From positions 896,001 to 960,000 of the forward strand of contig CM000436.1 in the NCBI GenBank assembly GCA_000165345.1: DNA of 64,000 nt, read 5' to 3'. The notes below the pieces were generated by a model that was not told the origin of the DNA, did no database searches, and saw only the letters and a list, made by a program, of their open reading frames with translations. The position numbers and the translations under genes were made by a program. Of the stretch, positions 33,346 to 44,178 are shown one piece after another; position 1 is the stretch's first letter; each line of letters opens with the position of its first letter.

Positions 33346-36300
33346 ATGAAGAAGGAAGAGGAAAACCTTCCAATTTATTCCTCACTAGAGGAATTTATAG
33401 AAATTAATGGAGGCGTTAACCTTATTAAAAAAATTCTAGTGGCCACAAGCGGACAAGCAGCAATAAAGTGTATAAGATCTATGAGGCATTGGGCATATGT
33501 TACATTTGGGAATGAAAAAGCTTTTGAATTTGTAGTAATGGCGACGCCTGAAGATATCCAAAGCAACTCAGAATCTGTGAGCGAAGCTGATTATTATGTT
33601 GATATACCGATGGGCCCAAACTATCATAACTATGCAAATATTGAAGTAATCGTTTCAATAGCAGAAGAACATGAGTGCGATGCTGTCTGGCCAGGATGGG
33701 GTCATGCCTCTGAAAACCCAGAGCTTCCAAAAGCTCTTTTAAGAGCTAGAAGAAAGATTATTTGGATTGGTCCTTCAGCAGAATCAATGGAAACTGTAGG
33801 GCAAAAAATCCAATCAAATATTATTGCTCAATCCGTACAGGTTCCGTGTGTTCCTTGGTCAGGAGATGGAATTTCTGTTAGTGTAGATAGGGATGGGCGC
33901 TTCACAGGTATTGTTTCTGATGAGCAACTTCAAGCAGCGTGCGTCAATAGCACTCAAGAATGTATTGACGTTTGTAAGCGAATTGGATTTCCTGTTATGA
34001 TCAAGGCTAGCTCAGGAGGTGGAGGGAAAGGTATCCGACTTTGCAGTTCCATGGAAGACCTAGAATCAAATTACAGACAAGTTATAAATGAAGTTAAAGG
34101 TAGCCAAGTATTTGTTATGCGAGCAGTTAATAAGTGTAGGCACCTAGAGGTTCAAGTACTAGGAGACAAATATGGTGACGTGTTCGCATTGAGCACAAGA
34201 GATTGCACAATACAGAGGCGTCACCAAAAGGTTATAGAGGAAGGGCCAGTTACAATTGTGAGTCAAGAGATTGTTAAGGAATTGGAGTTATCTGCAGAGA
34301 GGATGTGCAAAGCTGTGGGTTATTCATCTGCAGGAACTGTTGAATTTCTATATGATATTGAACGTTCATGTATAGCTTTTCTAGAAGTTAATGCCAGATT
34401 ACAAGTTGAACATGTTGTTTCTGAGGGAGTAGCTAACTGCAATATACCCGCAGCACAGTTACAAATTGCTATGGGAATTCCATTGAAGAAAATTCGTGAT
34501 ATTGAAGAATATAGAAAGCTAAGAAAGCAGGGGAATGCGCCTCCAAGGCATATTATCGCAGCAAGAATAACATCTGAACATGCTGAGAAAGGATTTACTC
34601 CAACATGTGGAGACGTGTTTGAAATTTCTTTTAGATCTTCGCAAACAGTATGGGGATACTTTTCAGTTGCTTCTCCAGGTCATATCCATCAATACTCCGA
34701 TTCTCAATTCGGACACATTTTTGCTTTTGGAATGAATAGAGAAGAAGCAAGAAAACATTTAATCATGGGTTTGAAGGGCTTAACCATCAGAGGTGAGATT
34801 AGAACAAATGTTGAAGCAGTTTGTAGAATATTAGAAAATCAAGATTTCATTACAGGCAACACATATACACAATGGCTAGAACACAGTGTCTATTTCTCTT
34901 CACCGTTAACTAAAAAAGTTACAATGCAGTATTTGAATGCAGTATTTGCAGCTGCATGTTTCACTGGGCTCAGATACTTCAAAGAAAGTGAGGATACATT
35001 TGTGAGGATGCTTGAGCAAGGACAAGCTCCAACCAGTATCAATATTCAGTATGAAATGACTCTAGTTCACAAGGGGATGAAGTTTATATGTGAGAGCCAC
35101 TTTATTGGTCCTGAACACGTCAGAATTATGTTGAATGGTAGTTCTGTTACAGCGAAGGTGCGTAATATTTATCCACCCAGTATGCAAAATGGGCGTGACT
35201 CGTGCTATTTAATATCAGGAGGTTTTGATGGTAGAAACAGGAAGGTTTTCTTTAAAAAAGATGCTGAAGATAACTTATTGGTTACATTTGATGGAACTAC
35301 TTACACATTCCTAAAAGAGCAAGACCCTCGTCAAGTTAGAGCTCCAGTTAGTGGTAAGTTAGTAAGGTGGTTAATACAAAACGGAGGTCAAGGTGAAAAG
35401 GGCCAGGCATACGTTGAAATAGAAATTATGAAAACATATATGCAGCTAACTCTTTCTCATAGTGGAGTTCTAGAGCATGCTAAACCTCAAGGCGCTTCAT
35501 TCAATGTGGGCGATATCCTAGCAATGTTAGAGCTCCCTAGTGAGTTTATCCCTCCTGCTTTGGAGCTATACCCGCTACCATTTCCAAAAATAGGAGGGGT
35601 AAAATCTCCAAAGCTTGCTCTTGAGACTTTTTGCTCTGGAGGATTTAGAGGAGGCCCGAGAATGGTAGCTTTAGCAAACTTTAGAGAAGGAAAGCAACAG
35701 CTTCTAAATGCACTTAATGGGTTTTTCCCAGCCTTTGAGGATGTTAGAAGCGCTCTTGGGATGTTCTACCATGTTTTAGACCCAATAATGCCATTTATTG
35801 AACTTCAAGAAGCTTGCGAAGTTGCCACACCGCTTATCAAAGTTACAGTTCGAAGAAAAATATCTGATTTGATAGAAGATGTATTTCAAACATTTGAGCA
35901 ATTAAGTAAAAATAGCTGGTATGAACAGTTTGATAGACAATTGAGCGCATTTATTTCTAATAATTCTTGCTTTGAATCTGATGTAATGTCAGACCAATGC
36001 TTGAATTCATTCGAAGATAATGATGATATCGAAGATGAAGGACAGCCACCAAAAGTTCTTCAAGATAAACGCCTAAGTTCTGATGGTTCTGAAATGCCAT
36101 CAATGCTGCTTTCAAACAAAGCTGATGAGCTTGACCCAAAAAATGCGAGCTTCGCACAGAATAAGAAGGAATTAGCCAAAGAAATATTTGTAAATGAGGC
36201 CGAACAAAAAAAAAGTTTTGAAAATTTTCTTGGTACTAATATATATTTGAAGAACCATTCAAAAAATATTAGATCGGCATCTGATTTAGAAATATATATA

Positions 36301-39300
36301 TTGGACTGCTTAAAGATAGTTAGCGATATTATAGAAGAGTCTATACAAGATTCAGATAATGAGAATATTTCCGTCGACGAATTCGTCGCTATAAGAAATC
36401 AGTATGATCCATTAATTCATATAATAAGAAGAAATGAAAAGGGGAGATGGATGAGACTAATGTACGAGCTGCATGAAATTATTCTAAAGTATATTGAAAT
36501 AGAAAAGTTATTTGAAGAACGCTCCTCACTTGTCCCAGCACGCATTATCCCAAGCCTTAGAACGGAGTATGAGCTCCCTGAACTAATGCAAATGGGCCGT
36601 TCTCACCAACAGTTGAGAGTGAAGAATGAAATTATGGAGGAAATCGCAAAAGAAATGGCTAACAATCCATCTTTACTTCAGTGTACTGCTCCATTCAGAG
36701 ATACAATCCATCAAATAGCTGAATTGACATCAACAGAGTACACAAAGGTGGCAGGAGCCTTTAGATACGTATTACTTATGAAAGAGAATGTTACAACAAC
36801 AACTCAAATACAGTCTGTTACAAAAAAAATATTTGAGTATAGTCAGTTAATTTCACTAGCTCAGACACATGGTCAACATCTTATTTCGATTGCTAATACT
36901 CCTTCTTCACCTCTTCAATACCCAATAAATGCAACTCCATCATTATCTACTTGGAGTGGTATTCCAAATTTAGGAAATAGCCAACAGACCTCCTTGTCAA
37001 ATATTATTGCAGACTTCACTAATTTCCCTGATTTCACACTTTTGGCATGCATTGGCCACCCAAATCCAATTATTGGTAAGTTAGCCTTTGAAATATATAT
37101 ACGTCGTCATTATGAAAGATGTGGCTTATCATTTTATGCTATAAAGAGCAGAGGGGAGGCATGGGATAGCTCTGTGGATATTAGCACCGTTGGGAATAGC
37201 AGTATGCTAATGACAAGTTGCCCAGACCTTAAGGGAGCGGTTCCATTAAGAGGAGAAATCCAGAACTTTAACAATATTTTGGGGGTGTGGACACATAATG
37301 CCTTAACAACATCATCGTTTTTCCAAAATCAATGTGATCCTTTAAGGTCAAATACTTTAAATATCCCTGCAATACAAAATAATGTGGATCAATATAATCA
37401 AAATGAAAACAATTCTAAAGGTAGAACACTAAGCATATTAGAATCAAATAATACATCAAAAAATATGAGCTCAAAGTGCCATGTAAAAGGGGCAATACAT
37501 ATTGAAAATAGCCGTTGGAAAAGCATGCTAAATGCATTTAGTGGGCAAAGCTTAAGCAGCATTGCAGATGACTTGTTGGAGGAGTCTCTTCCCATTCAAA
37601 CCAGTATTGGGCTTTATTTTGAATCTATATCTGATTTCCAAGACAGATTTGAACAGTGTGTTGATGAATTGAAAATCTTACATGGGTTTTTCCCCCAAAT
37701 TTCTTCATCTGTTGATTCTATCGTCATGTTAGTTATTTTGTCTAGTTTTTCCAATGGCGAGATCACTACTGAGTCGGAAGTGGCTTCGATTAATGATGAA
37801 AATGATTCCTCTTCCATTGAAACTCAATCAAACTCAAGGGACATAATAGAGATTCTTAAAGGAACTATTAACAAACACCAAGAAAAACTCTCTAACAATA
37901 ACATACACATGATTTCATTTACAATAGCTCCTTATTCAGATCAAAACAAACCTGAGTCACTTTCTGCAAGCTTAGTTTATCTAAAAACTCCTGTTCATTA
38001 CCATTTCAGGTCTAAAAAGGGAATTCCAATTTATAAATACAATTCTCAAGATCTGGAATCTAACTTATCTTTACAAGATAGCCTAATGAATCAAGCTGAA
38101 AGTGTTGAAATGGAAGATTTGGAGAACAACTATTTTATTGAAGAACCATTTATTAGAAATATTCCTAGTACTTTACTTTCTACACTTGAACTGAAGAGGT
38201 TGCGTTACTTTACAATAAAGTCAATTCCTACATCAATTTCAGGGATAAATTTATATGTTGGTACACCAAGAGAACTTTGTTCCGGTTATTCTGTTATTGG
38301 TAAACGCAAAGAAGCCGAAAACAAGGAAAACAACTCTTCATTGAAAAATGGAAACTCAAATATTAGTAAATCTCACGAATCTGATTCAGGAAAAAATGTC
38401 AAACTTTCTGAATCAAATACTTCGGAAAAGCCTAATTATTCTGGCCCCCAAACCAAAAGAATCTCAACAAAGGAAATGGAAGGTGAAAATCTGACAAATA
38501 AATCTAACAAGACTTTAAGTGCAAAACCAGTTACAAGCAAAATTTCTGGATATAATAAACAGAGAAGATATTTCATAAGAGTATTAGTTCAACATGAATG
38601 CAGTGAGTTATACTTTGAGGAACAGGAAAGATACTTTATAGCAGCCTTAAGTACTTTAGAGTCTTGGTTATCTTTTGACCAAAACTATTCGAATACAAGT
38701 TCAAGCACAGTTTCAAGAGGTCATACAGGTCTTAACCATCTTCTTTTTACTTCTGTTGGGGTTTTAAATGATAAAAACTCAGGCTATATTACAACCAGCA
38801 TGGCAGAAGAAGCAGCAAGAACATTAGTTCAGCGATATTCGCAACGAATACAGCAGAGTTCACTACAAACCATGGAGTTCCGCTATATTCAAAGGTCAGT
38901 ATATCAAAAAGATAGTAATAACGTTGTTGTGCCCGTTCGTTTTGTGGTAGATAACCCAACAGGGCAAGCAATTAGATTACGCAGTTTTGTTGAAATAAAG
39001 AATCCCACAACTAGTGGAGGAAAAGTGTTTGCAGCTATAGACTCTAAACAGTCATTCTTAAACTTTGTATCCACAAGCAGATCTGACAAAACTTTCAGCT
39101 TACCTGGGCTTCAACAGTCTAAAAGCCTAAAAGAAATCTCTAATCTTAATAAAGGGTCTAAAATTCTGACAATTAATGAAAATATGGTTCCAAATTTGGC
39201 TTTATATCAACATGAACACATTTATGACGGGAAACCTCTGGATATTCCTCATCCTTTAATTGGAAAAATTGATCAGAAAAGGTATCAGGCTGCAGAGTTG

Positions 39301-41523
39301 AATACGGTTTATATATATGATTTCTTGGATCTATTTGAAGAAGCAATTAAGAGTTTGTGGAATAAATGCCCAAAATACTTTGTTACAACGCCTTCTAGTG
39401 TTTCGCTTTCTAAATCAAACATAAAATCAGCAAGAGCAAATGGTTCTACTACAGCAGGAATCTCAACTAATTGTGAATCGGGCTTTGAACAATCTAGTGG
39501 AAAGACAGCATTTTTGCCCAATAAACTCTTAGAGTATGTTGAATTGGATATCAATAAGGATTCAGGAGAACTAGAATGCGTTAGTAGAGAGCCTGGGAAT
39601 AACACCTGTGGAATGGTTGCATGGTGTATTACTATGCATACTCCAGAGTACCCAAAGGGTAGAAGAGTGATTCTTATTGGAAATGATATTACTTATCAAA
39701 TGGGGACCTTTGGCATTCAAGAGGATCTTTTGTTTCAAAGAGCATCGGAATACGCAAGAAGCTTAGGAATCCCTAGAATATTTATTGCAGCAAATAGTGG
39801 TGCTAGAATGGGGCTAGCGACGGAGGTTCAGAAATGCATGAAAGTTGAATTTGTTGATCCTGAAAACCCAGTTAAGGGATACAAGTATCTATATGTTACG
39901 GAAGAAGACTATAACAAATTTGATCTGCAGAATAGTATTAATTACGAAGTAATAGATCATCCTAAAGATGGGAAAATATACAAAATTACTGATGTTATTG
40001 GATCTCAGCTAGGACTTGGAGTTGAGAATCTCTCAGGAAGCGGAGGAATTGCAGGTGAAACATCAAAGGCATCTAAGTCGATTATGACAATTACATATGC
40101 AACTACTAGAACAGTTGGAATTGGTGCCTATTTAGCAAGGCTTGGTCATAGAGTTATTCAAAAAGCTCATGGAGCTCCAATAGTACTTACAGGATATCAG
40201 GCACTTAATAAGGTAGCGTCAAAAGAAATTTATAGCAGCAATGATGAATTGGGAGGTACAGAGATTATGGCAAAAAATGGTGTAACACACCTCGTTGTTA
40301 AAGATGACTTAGAGGGTTGCGTAGAAATACTTAAATGGCTGAGCTATGTACCTGAATGCGTCGGAGGAAGGCTACCAATAATGGTGGATCCAACAGATCC
40401 TATATATAGGAATATTACATACTCTTGTAATAGTAATACTGAAGACCCAAGATTAATGCTTACTGGATGCGTAGACTCAAGAGGACGTTGGCTATCTGGT
40501 CTCTGTGATAAAGATTCTTTCAAAGAAGTTATGAGTGATTGGGCGAAAAGCGTAATAGTAGGTAGAGGAAGAATTGGGGGAATACCTGTTGGGTTCATTT
40601 TAGTTGAAACTAGAGTTACTGAATACATTCAGCCAGCAGATCCAGTAATGCCACACACAAGTGAACTTAGAGTTACTAGGGCAGGACAAATATGGTTCCC
40701 TGATTCTGCATATAAGACTGCACAAGCAATTCGTGATTTCAATATGGAAGAACTCCCATTGATAATTCTTGCAAATTGGAGAGGATTTAGTGGAGGCCAG
40801 AAAGATATGTTTGACCAAGTCCTAAAGTTTGGGTCTTACGTAGTTGATGAACTTGTCAATTATAAACAACCTTGCTTTGTTTACATACCTCCAAAGGGAG
40901 AACTGCGCGGAGGAGCTTGGGTAGTAGTAGACTCAAATATTAATCCAGAATTCATTGAAATGTATGCCGACCCTACAGCAAGAGGAAGCGTCTTGGAAGC
41001 TGCTGGAATAGTTGAAATTAAGTTTAGAAGCAAGGCGCTTAAAGAATGGATGATGAGATTAGATCCAGAATTACTCTCCCTACAAGAGAAAGATCAACTA
41101 CTTCATCTTAAAGGCTATCCAATAGACTCTTCTGAAAGAAGCTCAATAAAAGAAAAGATTAATAAAAGATGCAGCTTACTTCATTCAGTTTATCACGCCG
41201 CTGCAATTCATTTTGCAGATTTGCACGATACTTCAAATAGAATGAAAGCTAAGCAAGCAATCCATGATATTGTTCAGTGGAAGAATGCAAGAGTTTTTTT
41301 CATTCATCGAATCAAAAGACAATTACTGCTTTTTTCTTTAAGGTCTGAAATTTCCCAAAAGCTTGGAATTTCTCTCACAGATTCTCAAAATGTGGTCTTT
41401 CAATGGGCAATACAAGACGGAATAGATCCAAATAATAACACTCAATTCATTCAATGGATTTGCCACAGTGCTAACATTATTGAACAGAGAATCTCTCAAC
41501 TATCTAGCTCTGATATAAGGTAG
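33346..41523 (+). CDS. ACC: Acetyl-CoA carboxylase, multidomain eukaryotic type (biotin carboxylase, BCCP, central region, carboxyltransferase), about 2725 aa, single exon.
   Basis: The track start at 33328 is a TTG; the first ATG is at 33346 (MKKEEENL..). Biotin carboxylase is supported by IKKILVATSGQAAIKCIRS, GWGHASENPELP, MIKASSGGGGKGIRL and EVNARLQVEHVVSE. The biotinyl domain reads VEIEIMKTYMQL, with the Lys codon at 35431..35433. The carboxyltransferase region has GGRLPIMVDPTDPI, IILANWRGFSGGQKDMFDQVLKFGSYVVDEL and GELRGGAWVVVDSNINPEFIEMYADPTARGSVLE. A long S/N-rich low-complexity insertion lies at about 38280-38580. Confidence 0.9.
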   Translation: MKKEEENLPIYSSLEEFIEINGGVNLIKKILVATSGQAAIKCIRSMRHWAYVTFGNEKAFEFVVMATPEDIQSNSESVSEADYYVDIPMGPNYHNYANIEVIVSIAEEHECDAVWPGWGHASENPELPKALLRARRKIIWIGPSAESMETVGQKIQSNIIAQSVQVPCVPWSGDGISVSVDRDGRFTGIVSDEQLQAACVNSTQECIDVCKRIGFPVMIKASSGGGGKGIRLCSSMEDLESNYRQVINEVKGSQVFVMRAVNKCRHLEVQVLGDKYGDVFALSTRDCTIQRRHQKVIEEGPVTIVSQEIVKELELSAERMCKAVGYSSAGTVEFLYDIERSCIAFLEVNARLQVEHVVSEGVANCNIPAAQLQIAMGIPLKKIRDIEEYRKLRKQGNAPPRHIIAARITSEHAEKGFTPTCGDVFEISFRSSQTVWGYFSVASPGHIHQYSDSQFGHIFAFGMNREEARKHLIMGLKGLTIRGEIRTNVEAVCRILENQDFITGNTYTQWLEHSVYFSSPLTKKVTMQYLNAVFAAACFTGLRYFKESEDTFVRMLEQGQAPTSINIQYEMTLVHKGMKFICESHFIGPEHVRIMLNGSSVTAKVRNIYPPSMQNGRDSCYLISGGFDGRNRKVFFKKDAEDNLLVTFDGTTYTFLKEQDPRQVRAPVSGKLVRWLIQNGGQGEKGQAYVEIEIMKTYMQLTLSHSGVLEHAKPQGASFNVGDILAMLELPSEFIPPALELYPLPFPKIGGVKSPKLALETFCSGGFRGGPRMVALANFREGKQQLLNALNGFFPAFEDVRSALGMFYHVLDPIMPFIELQEACEVATPLIKVTVRRKISDLIEDVFQTFEQLSKNSWYEQFDRQLSAFISNNSCFESDVMSDQCLNSFEDNDDIEDEGQPPKVLQDKRLSSDGSEMPSMLLSNKADELDPKNASFAQNKKELAKEIFVNEAEQKKSFENFLGTNIYLKNHSKNIRSASDLEIYILDCLKIVSDIIEESIQDSDNENISVDEFVAIRNQYDPLIHIIRRNEKGRWMRLMYELHEIILKYIEIEKLFEERSSLVPARIIPSLRTEYELPELMQMGRSHQQLRVKNEIMEEIAKEMANNPSLLQCTAPFRDTIHQIAELTSTEYTKVAGAFRYVLLMKENVTTTTQIQSVTKKIFEYSQLISLAQTHGQHLISIANTPSSPLQYPINATPSLSTWSGIPNLGNSQQTSLSNIIADFTNFPDFTLLACIGHPNPIIGKLAFEIYIRRHYERCGLSFYAIKSRGEAWDSSVDISTVGNSSMLMTSCPDLKGAVPLRGEIQNFNNILGVWTHNALTTSSFFQNQCDPLRSNTLNIPAIQNNVDQYNQNENNSKGRTLSILESNNTSKNMSSKCHVKGAIHIENSRWKSMLNAFSGQSLSSIADDLLEESLPIQTSIGLYFESISDFQDRFEQCVDELKILHGFFPQISSSVDSIVMLVILSSFSNGEITTESEVASINDENDSSSIETQSNSRDIIEILKGTINKHQEKLSNNNIHMISFTIAPYSDQNKPESLSASLVYLKTPVHYHFRSKKGIPIYKYNSQDLESNLSLQDSLMNQAESVEMEDLENNYFIEEPFIRNIPSTLLSTLELKRLRYFTIKSIPTSISGINLYVGTPRELCSGYSVIGKRKEAENKENNSSLKNGNSNISKSHESDSGKNVKLSESNTSEKPNYSGPQTKRISTKEMEGENLTNKSNKTLSAKPVTSKISGYNKQRRYFIRVLVQHECSELYFEEQERYFIAALSTLESWLSFDQNYSNTSSSTVSRGHTGLNHLLFTSVGVLNDKNSGYITTSMAEEAARTLVQRYSQRIQQSSLQTMEFRYIQRSVYQKDSNNVVVPVRFVVDNPTGQAIRLRSFVEIKNPTTSGGKVFAAIDSKQSFLNFVSTSRSDKTFSLPGLQQSKSLKEISNLNKGSKILTINENMVPNLALYQHEHIYDGKPLDIPHPLIGKIDQKRYQAAELNTVYIYDFLDLFEEAIKSLWNKCPKYFVTTPSSVSLSKSNIKSARANGSTTAGISTNCESGFEQSSGKTAFLPNKLLEYVELDINKDSGELECVSREPGNNTCGMVAWCITMHTPEYPKGRRVILIGNDITYQMGTFGIQEDLLFQRASEYARSLGIPRIFIAANSGARMGLATEVQKCMKVEFVDPENPVKGYKYLYVTEEDYNKFDLQNSINYEVIDHPKDGKIYKITDVIGSQLGLGVENLSGSGGIAGETSKASKSIMTITYATTRTVGIGAYLARLGHRVIQKAHGAPIVLTGYQALNKVASKEIYSSNDELGGTEIMAKNGVTHLVVKDDLEGCVEILKWLSYVPECVGGRLPIMVDPTDPIYRNITYSCNSNTEDPRLMLTGCVDSRGRWLSGLCDKDSFKEVMSDWAKSVIVGRGRIGGIPVGFILVETRVTEYIQPADPVMPHTSELRVTRAGQIWFPDSAYKTAQAIRDFNMEELPLIILANWRGFSGGQKDMFDQVLKFGSYVVDELVNYKQPCFVYIPPKGELRGGAWVVVDSNINPEFIEMYADPTARGSVLEAAGIVEIKFRSKALKEWMMRLDPELLSLQEKDQLLHLKGYPIDSSERSSIKEKINKRCSLLHSVYHAAAIHFADLHDTSNRMKAKQAIHDIVQWKNARVFFIHRIKRQLLLFSLRSEISQKLGISLTDSQNVVFQWAIQDGIDPNNNTQFIQWICHSANIIEQRISQLSSSDIR

Positions 41524-41689
41524 AAAATGGAGTATTATTAATATTTATTGGAAAGAAAACACAAAATTTAATGTTAACAAAATAATCAATAATTTTAATA
41601 TAATAATCACTTAGATAGAAAGAAAACATGGATTATAAGTTAATGCGAATATAAAATTTAATAATAAGTTGTTGTTGTTCTTCGAGAAT

Positions 41690-42118
41690 TCAGTATTTAT
41701 ATTTAGTGGAGTAGTCTTTAGGCGAAACTACGAGCCCTTTGCCTTTTTGCACTCCACGGTATATTGTTTCAACTATATCAATAAACTCCTGCTTATTATT
41801 GAGCGGCCAATTGATTTTATTATTGTTTCCAGTACCAAGATCCACCATAATATGTTTATTTCTAAAAAAAAACATGACGGATACCGGGTCATATAGCTCG
41901 TACATTGTATTGAAATCAGGAACTTCGGTAATATCAACTAAGTAAATTACACAAAAATTCTTTACATCCTCCGCTACTTTATATAATACTTCATCCATTA
42001 ACATACAATCTGCATCATAGTCATGCCCAAATCGTATGCATACGATTCTTTCTTCTTCCGAAAGTATTGCCTGATCTACCGACCAACCATTGTGGAGATG
42101 TTGCAACATGTAGGACAT
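41690..42118 (-). CDS. DIM1: U5 snRNP thioredoxin-like protein Dim1/Dib1/TXNL4A (142 aa), single exon.
   Basis: It is near-identical over its full length to human TXNL4A: MSYMLQHLHNGWSVDQAILSEEERIVCIRFGHDYDADCMLMDEVLYKVAEDVKNFCVIYLVDITEVPDFNTMYELYDPVSVMFFFRNKHIMVDLGTGNNNKINW...GLVVSPKDYSTKYKY. The ATG at 42118 is genuine and is preceded on the coding strand by a 13-nt poly(A) tract. Confidence 0.9.
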   Translation of the reverse strand: MSYMLQHLHNGWSVDQAILSEEERIVCIRFGHDYDADCMLMDEVLYKVAEDVKNFCVIYLVDITEVPDFNTMYELYDPVSVMFFFRNKHIMVDLGTGNNNKINWPLNNKQEFIDIVETIYRGVQKGKGLVVSPKDYSTKYKY

Positions 42119-42256
42119 CTTTTTTTTTTTTTATAAAGCTAGCCTTAAACTATCCAGATTTATTAATTACTAGATTGAGGAGGTTTTATTTTGTCAAGTA
42201 ATATTTATTAGTTAATAAATTACCTTTAAAATGCATCAAAACCGATTTTTACTCCA

Positions 42257-42266
42257 TTTTGGCGGG
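42257..42266. promoter_or_regulatory. TTTTGGCGGG box in the 270-bp bidirectional promoter shared by Dim1 (minus strand) and the 42389 gene.
   Basis: The same TTTGGCGG core recurs at 22404, 48268, 63053 and 43951 (reverse strand). Confidence 0.4.
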
Positions 42267-42388
42267 AATATAGAAATTGCATCGTTAATTTTTTTTTTCT
42301 ACAATTTTTTTTTTAAAGAATATTTCGTACACTCTCGCTTGAACAAGAATTAAAAGTATTCACATTGACTTGAAGTATACAACTCATT

Positions 42389-43228
42389 ATGGATGAGGAG
42401 AAATCAAAAACTGAAGAGCAAAATGGCTCTGTATCTCAGAATATAAAAACAATATCTTTGAATGATAAGGCTATTTTAAATAATCAAAGCCCAATTATTG
42501 TCAGAAGGGGAGATCTTTCAGAAACTGCACTTGAATCTTCATTTTCAGAGCCTTTATCTGCTATCGATGACTTGAAGTCAGGATGTAATTTGTTTGAGAA
42601 GAAAAGTCCAAGAGATGAACAATTACGTGAAAAGGAAACAAAGCAGGCACTAAAATCAGTTATGAAGCTTCAGAATGAAATCTTTCACATTAATAATTCA
42701 ATAGTTTCTCAGGAAAATGCATATAAAAGTTCTTTATTTTCGAACAAATACATGGGTAATATTTTTAGTAGTTTCTCTCCTTTTATTAAAGGAATTAATA
42801 AATTCACTTTAAGACCAAAAGAAAAAAGCCCTGAAGAGGTATTGAAAAATATTAAGAAAAAATCTGAAGAATTTCAAGGAAGATGCAATTATATTAAGTA
42901 TTCTACTCAGTGGTATCTTTGGGCAAAAAGAAGAAACGCTGAGACTTACTCTCAAAACCATTTAGAAAATACAGATCAATCATCATCTAATATATCTAAT
43001 GGAGTAGGAAATCCACCTTTAGGAGGAACTTCTTCTACAAATATATCAAATAATGCTAACTTATCTTGCCAAAATAATATTGGGCAAGTTTTTCAATCAA
43101 ACCAACTTTTATTACAAAAAGAAATCCAGAACGTTGAGCAATCCGTTAAATTTAGGCTTGCAATACAGTCTGATAAGCCTTCATTTACCTTCAATAGTAA
43201 TATTTGTTCTAGTCAACTTTCGGTTTAA
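42389..43228 (+). CDS. Hypothetical S/N-rich protein (279 aa).
   Basis: ATG start. The sequence is hydrophilic and low-complexity with a short predicted coiled-coil (ALKSVMKLQNEIFHINN). No recognisable domain. It shares a 270-bp divergent promoter region with Dim1. Confidence 0.5.
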   Translation: MDEEKSKTEEQNGSVSQNIKTISLNDKAILNNQSPIIVRRGDLSETALESSFSEPLSAIDDLKSGCNLFEKKSPRDEQLREKETKQALKSVMKLQNEIFHINNSIVSQENAYKSSLFSNKYMGNIFSSFSPFIKGINKFTLRPKEKSPEEVLKNIKKKSEEFQGRCNYIKYSTQWYLWAKRRNAETYSQNHLENTDQSSSNISNGVGNPPLGGTSSTNISNNANLSCQNNIGQVFQSNQLLLQKEIQNVEQSVKFRLAIQSDKPSFTFNSNICSSQLSV

Positions 43229-43293
43229 AAAATAAACTTTCCATAAAATTATCTAGTTAAAAATATATTCCAAACTGTTAGGGTAGAATTATA

Positions 43294-43822
43294 TTATATT
43301 GAGTCTGTTATTTTTACAGAGCAAGGCATACTCCAAGGGTGATACTCATTATTGTCCGATATTTTTCCATTATATTTAATAATCTATTATGATAGATTAT
43401 GCGATAAATTAATTTATACGAATTAATGATAATTTACGCAACTTACCTTTGGAACGTTCTCAAAAATTTCAAAGTTTTCAAAACTTTCTTCTTTATCGTC
43501 ATTATTAGAATCTTTTTCTATATTCCGCATGAAGTTAATTTTGATGTTATAATATTGCAATTTTTACTAACTTACGACTTGAGTTATAAATTTTCTCAAC
43601 AGTTTTAATATGTTTTTTCATTACATCCTTTGCATCTTTTTTTACACCATCTCTAAATTGTCTATCCTTCAACTTCTTTTTCTCTATACTTTTGTCTCTT
43701 CTCTCCTTCTTTCTCTTTTGGAATCCATTAACAAATGATTCTTTTTTTTTCATGTTAAAAGTGATCAAAGTTCCCTTTCGGCCGTGTTTGGTCAAAATAG
43801 ACTTGGAATATTTATCCAACAT
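43294..43822 (-). CDS. Hypothetical small basic protein with four exons: complement(join(43294..43383,43447..43517,43576..43822)), about 135 aa.
   Basis: The 91-aa track ORF runs through a GTAAGT donor at 43575. Splicing uses introns of 58 nt (..aatatag) and 63 nt (GTAAGT at 43446 .. ataatag) with closed phases. The product is MLDKYSKSILTKHGRKGTLITFNMKKKESFVNGFQKRKKERRDKSIEKKKLKDRQFRDGVKK...|QKDSNNDDKEESFENFEIFENVPK|IIKYNGKISDNNEYHPWSMPCSVKITDSI. The basic N-terminus suggests a nucleolar or RNA-binding role, but that is a guess. Confidence 0.4.
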
Positions 43823-43950
43823 TTTTACAATTCAAAATAGGCTGAATGAAATATTCTGTTAAACTTAATAATGAAGATATATTCAGATTATCGACATGTC
43901 ACTATTTACATTATTTTGCTTCAATTGAATTTTTTCTTGATGTAAAGTAG

Positions 43951-43963
43951 TTTCCCGCCAAAA
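43951..43963. promoter_or_regulatory. Canonical E2F-type site TTTCCCGCCAAAA (reverse strand TTTTGGCGGGAAA) in the divergent promoter between the 43822 minus-strand gene and the 44179 gene.
   Basis: It matches the textbook E2F consensus TTTSSCGC exactly and is flanked by A/T runs. Confidence 0.45.
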
Positions 43964-44178
43964 AAAGTACCGTTAATGCTGATGCATGGACGTGAAAAAA
44001 ATCATGAAATAAAAAGTTAGGCAAGATAGCACTTTAGTAGAATGACTAGTGAACAATAACAAATAACTAATAATTTATGTTTTATTGTGATTTTCTTTGC
44101 TGCGAAGCAATCGATTTATTTTACCCATAAAGAGAAAGATCTATATGAATTAATCTAAACGTGGAACTGAGTTGAAAA

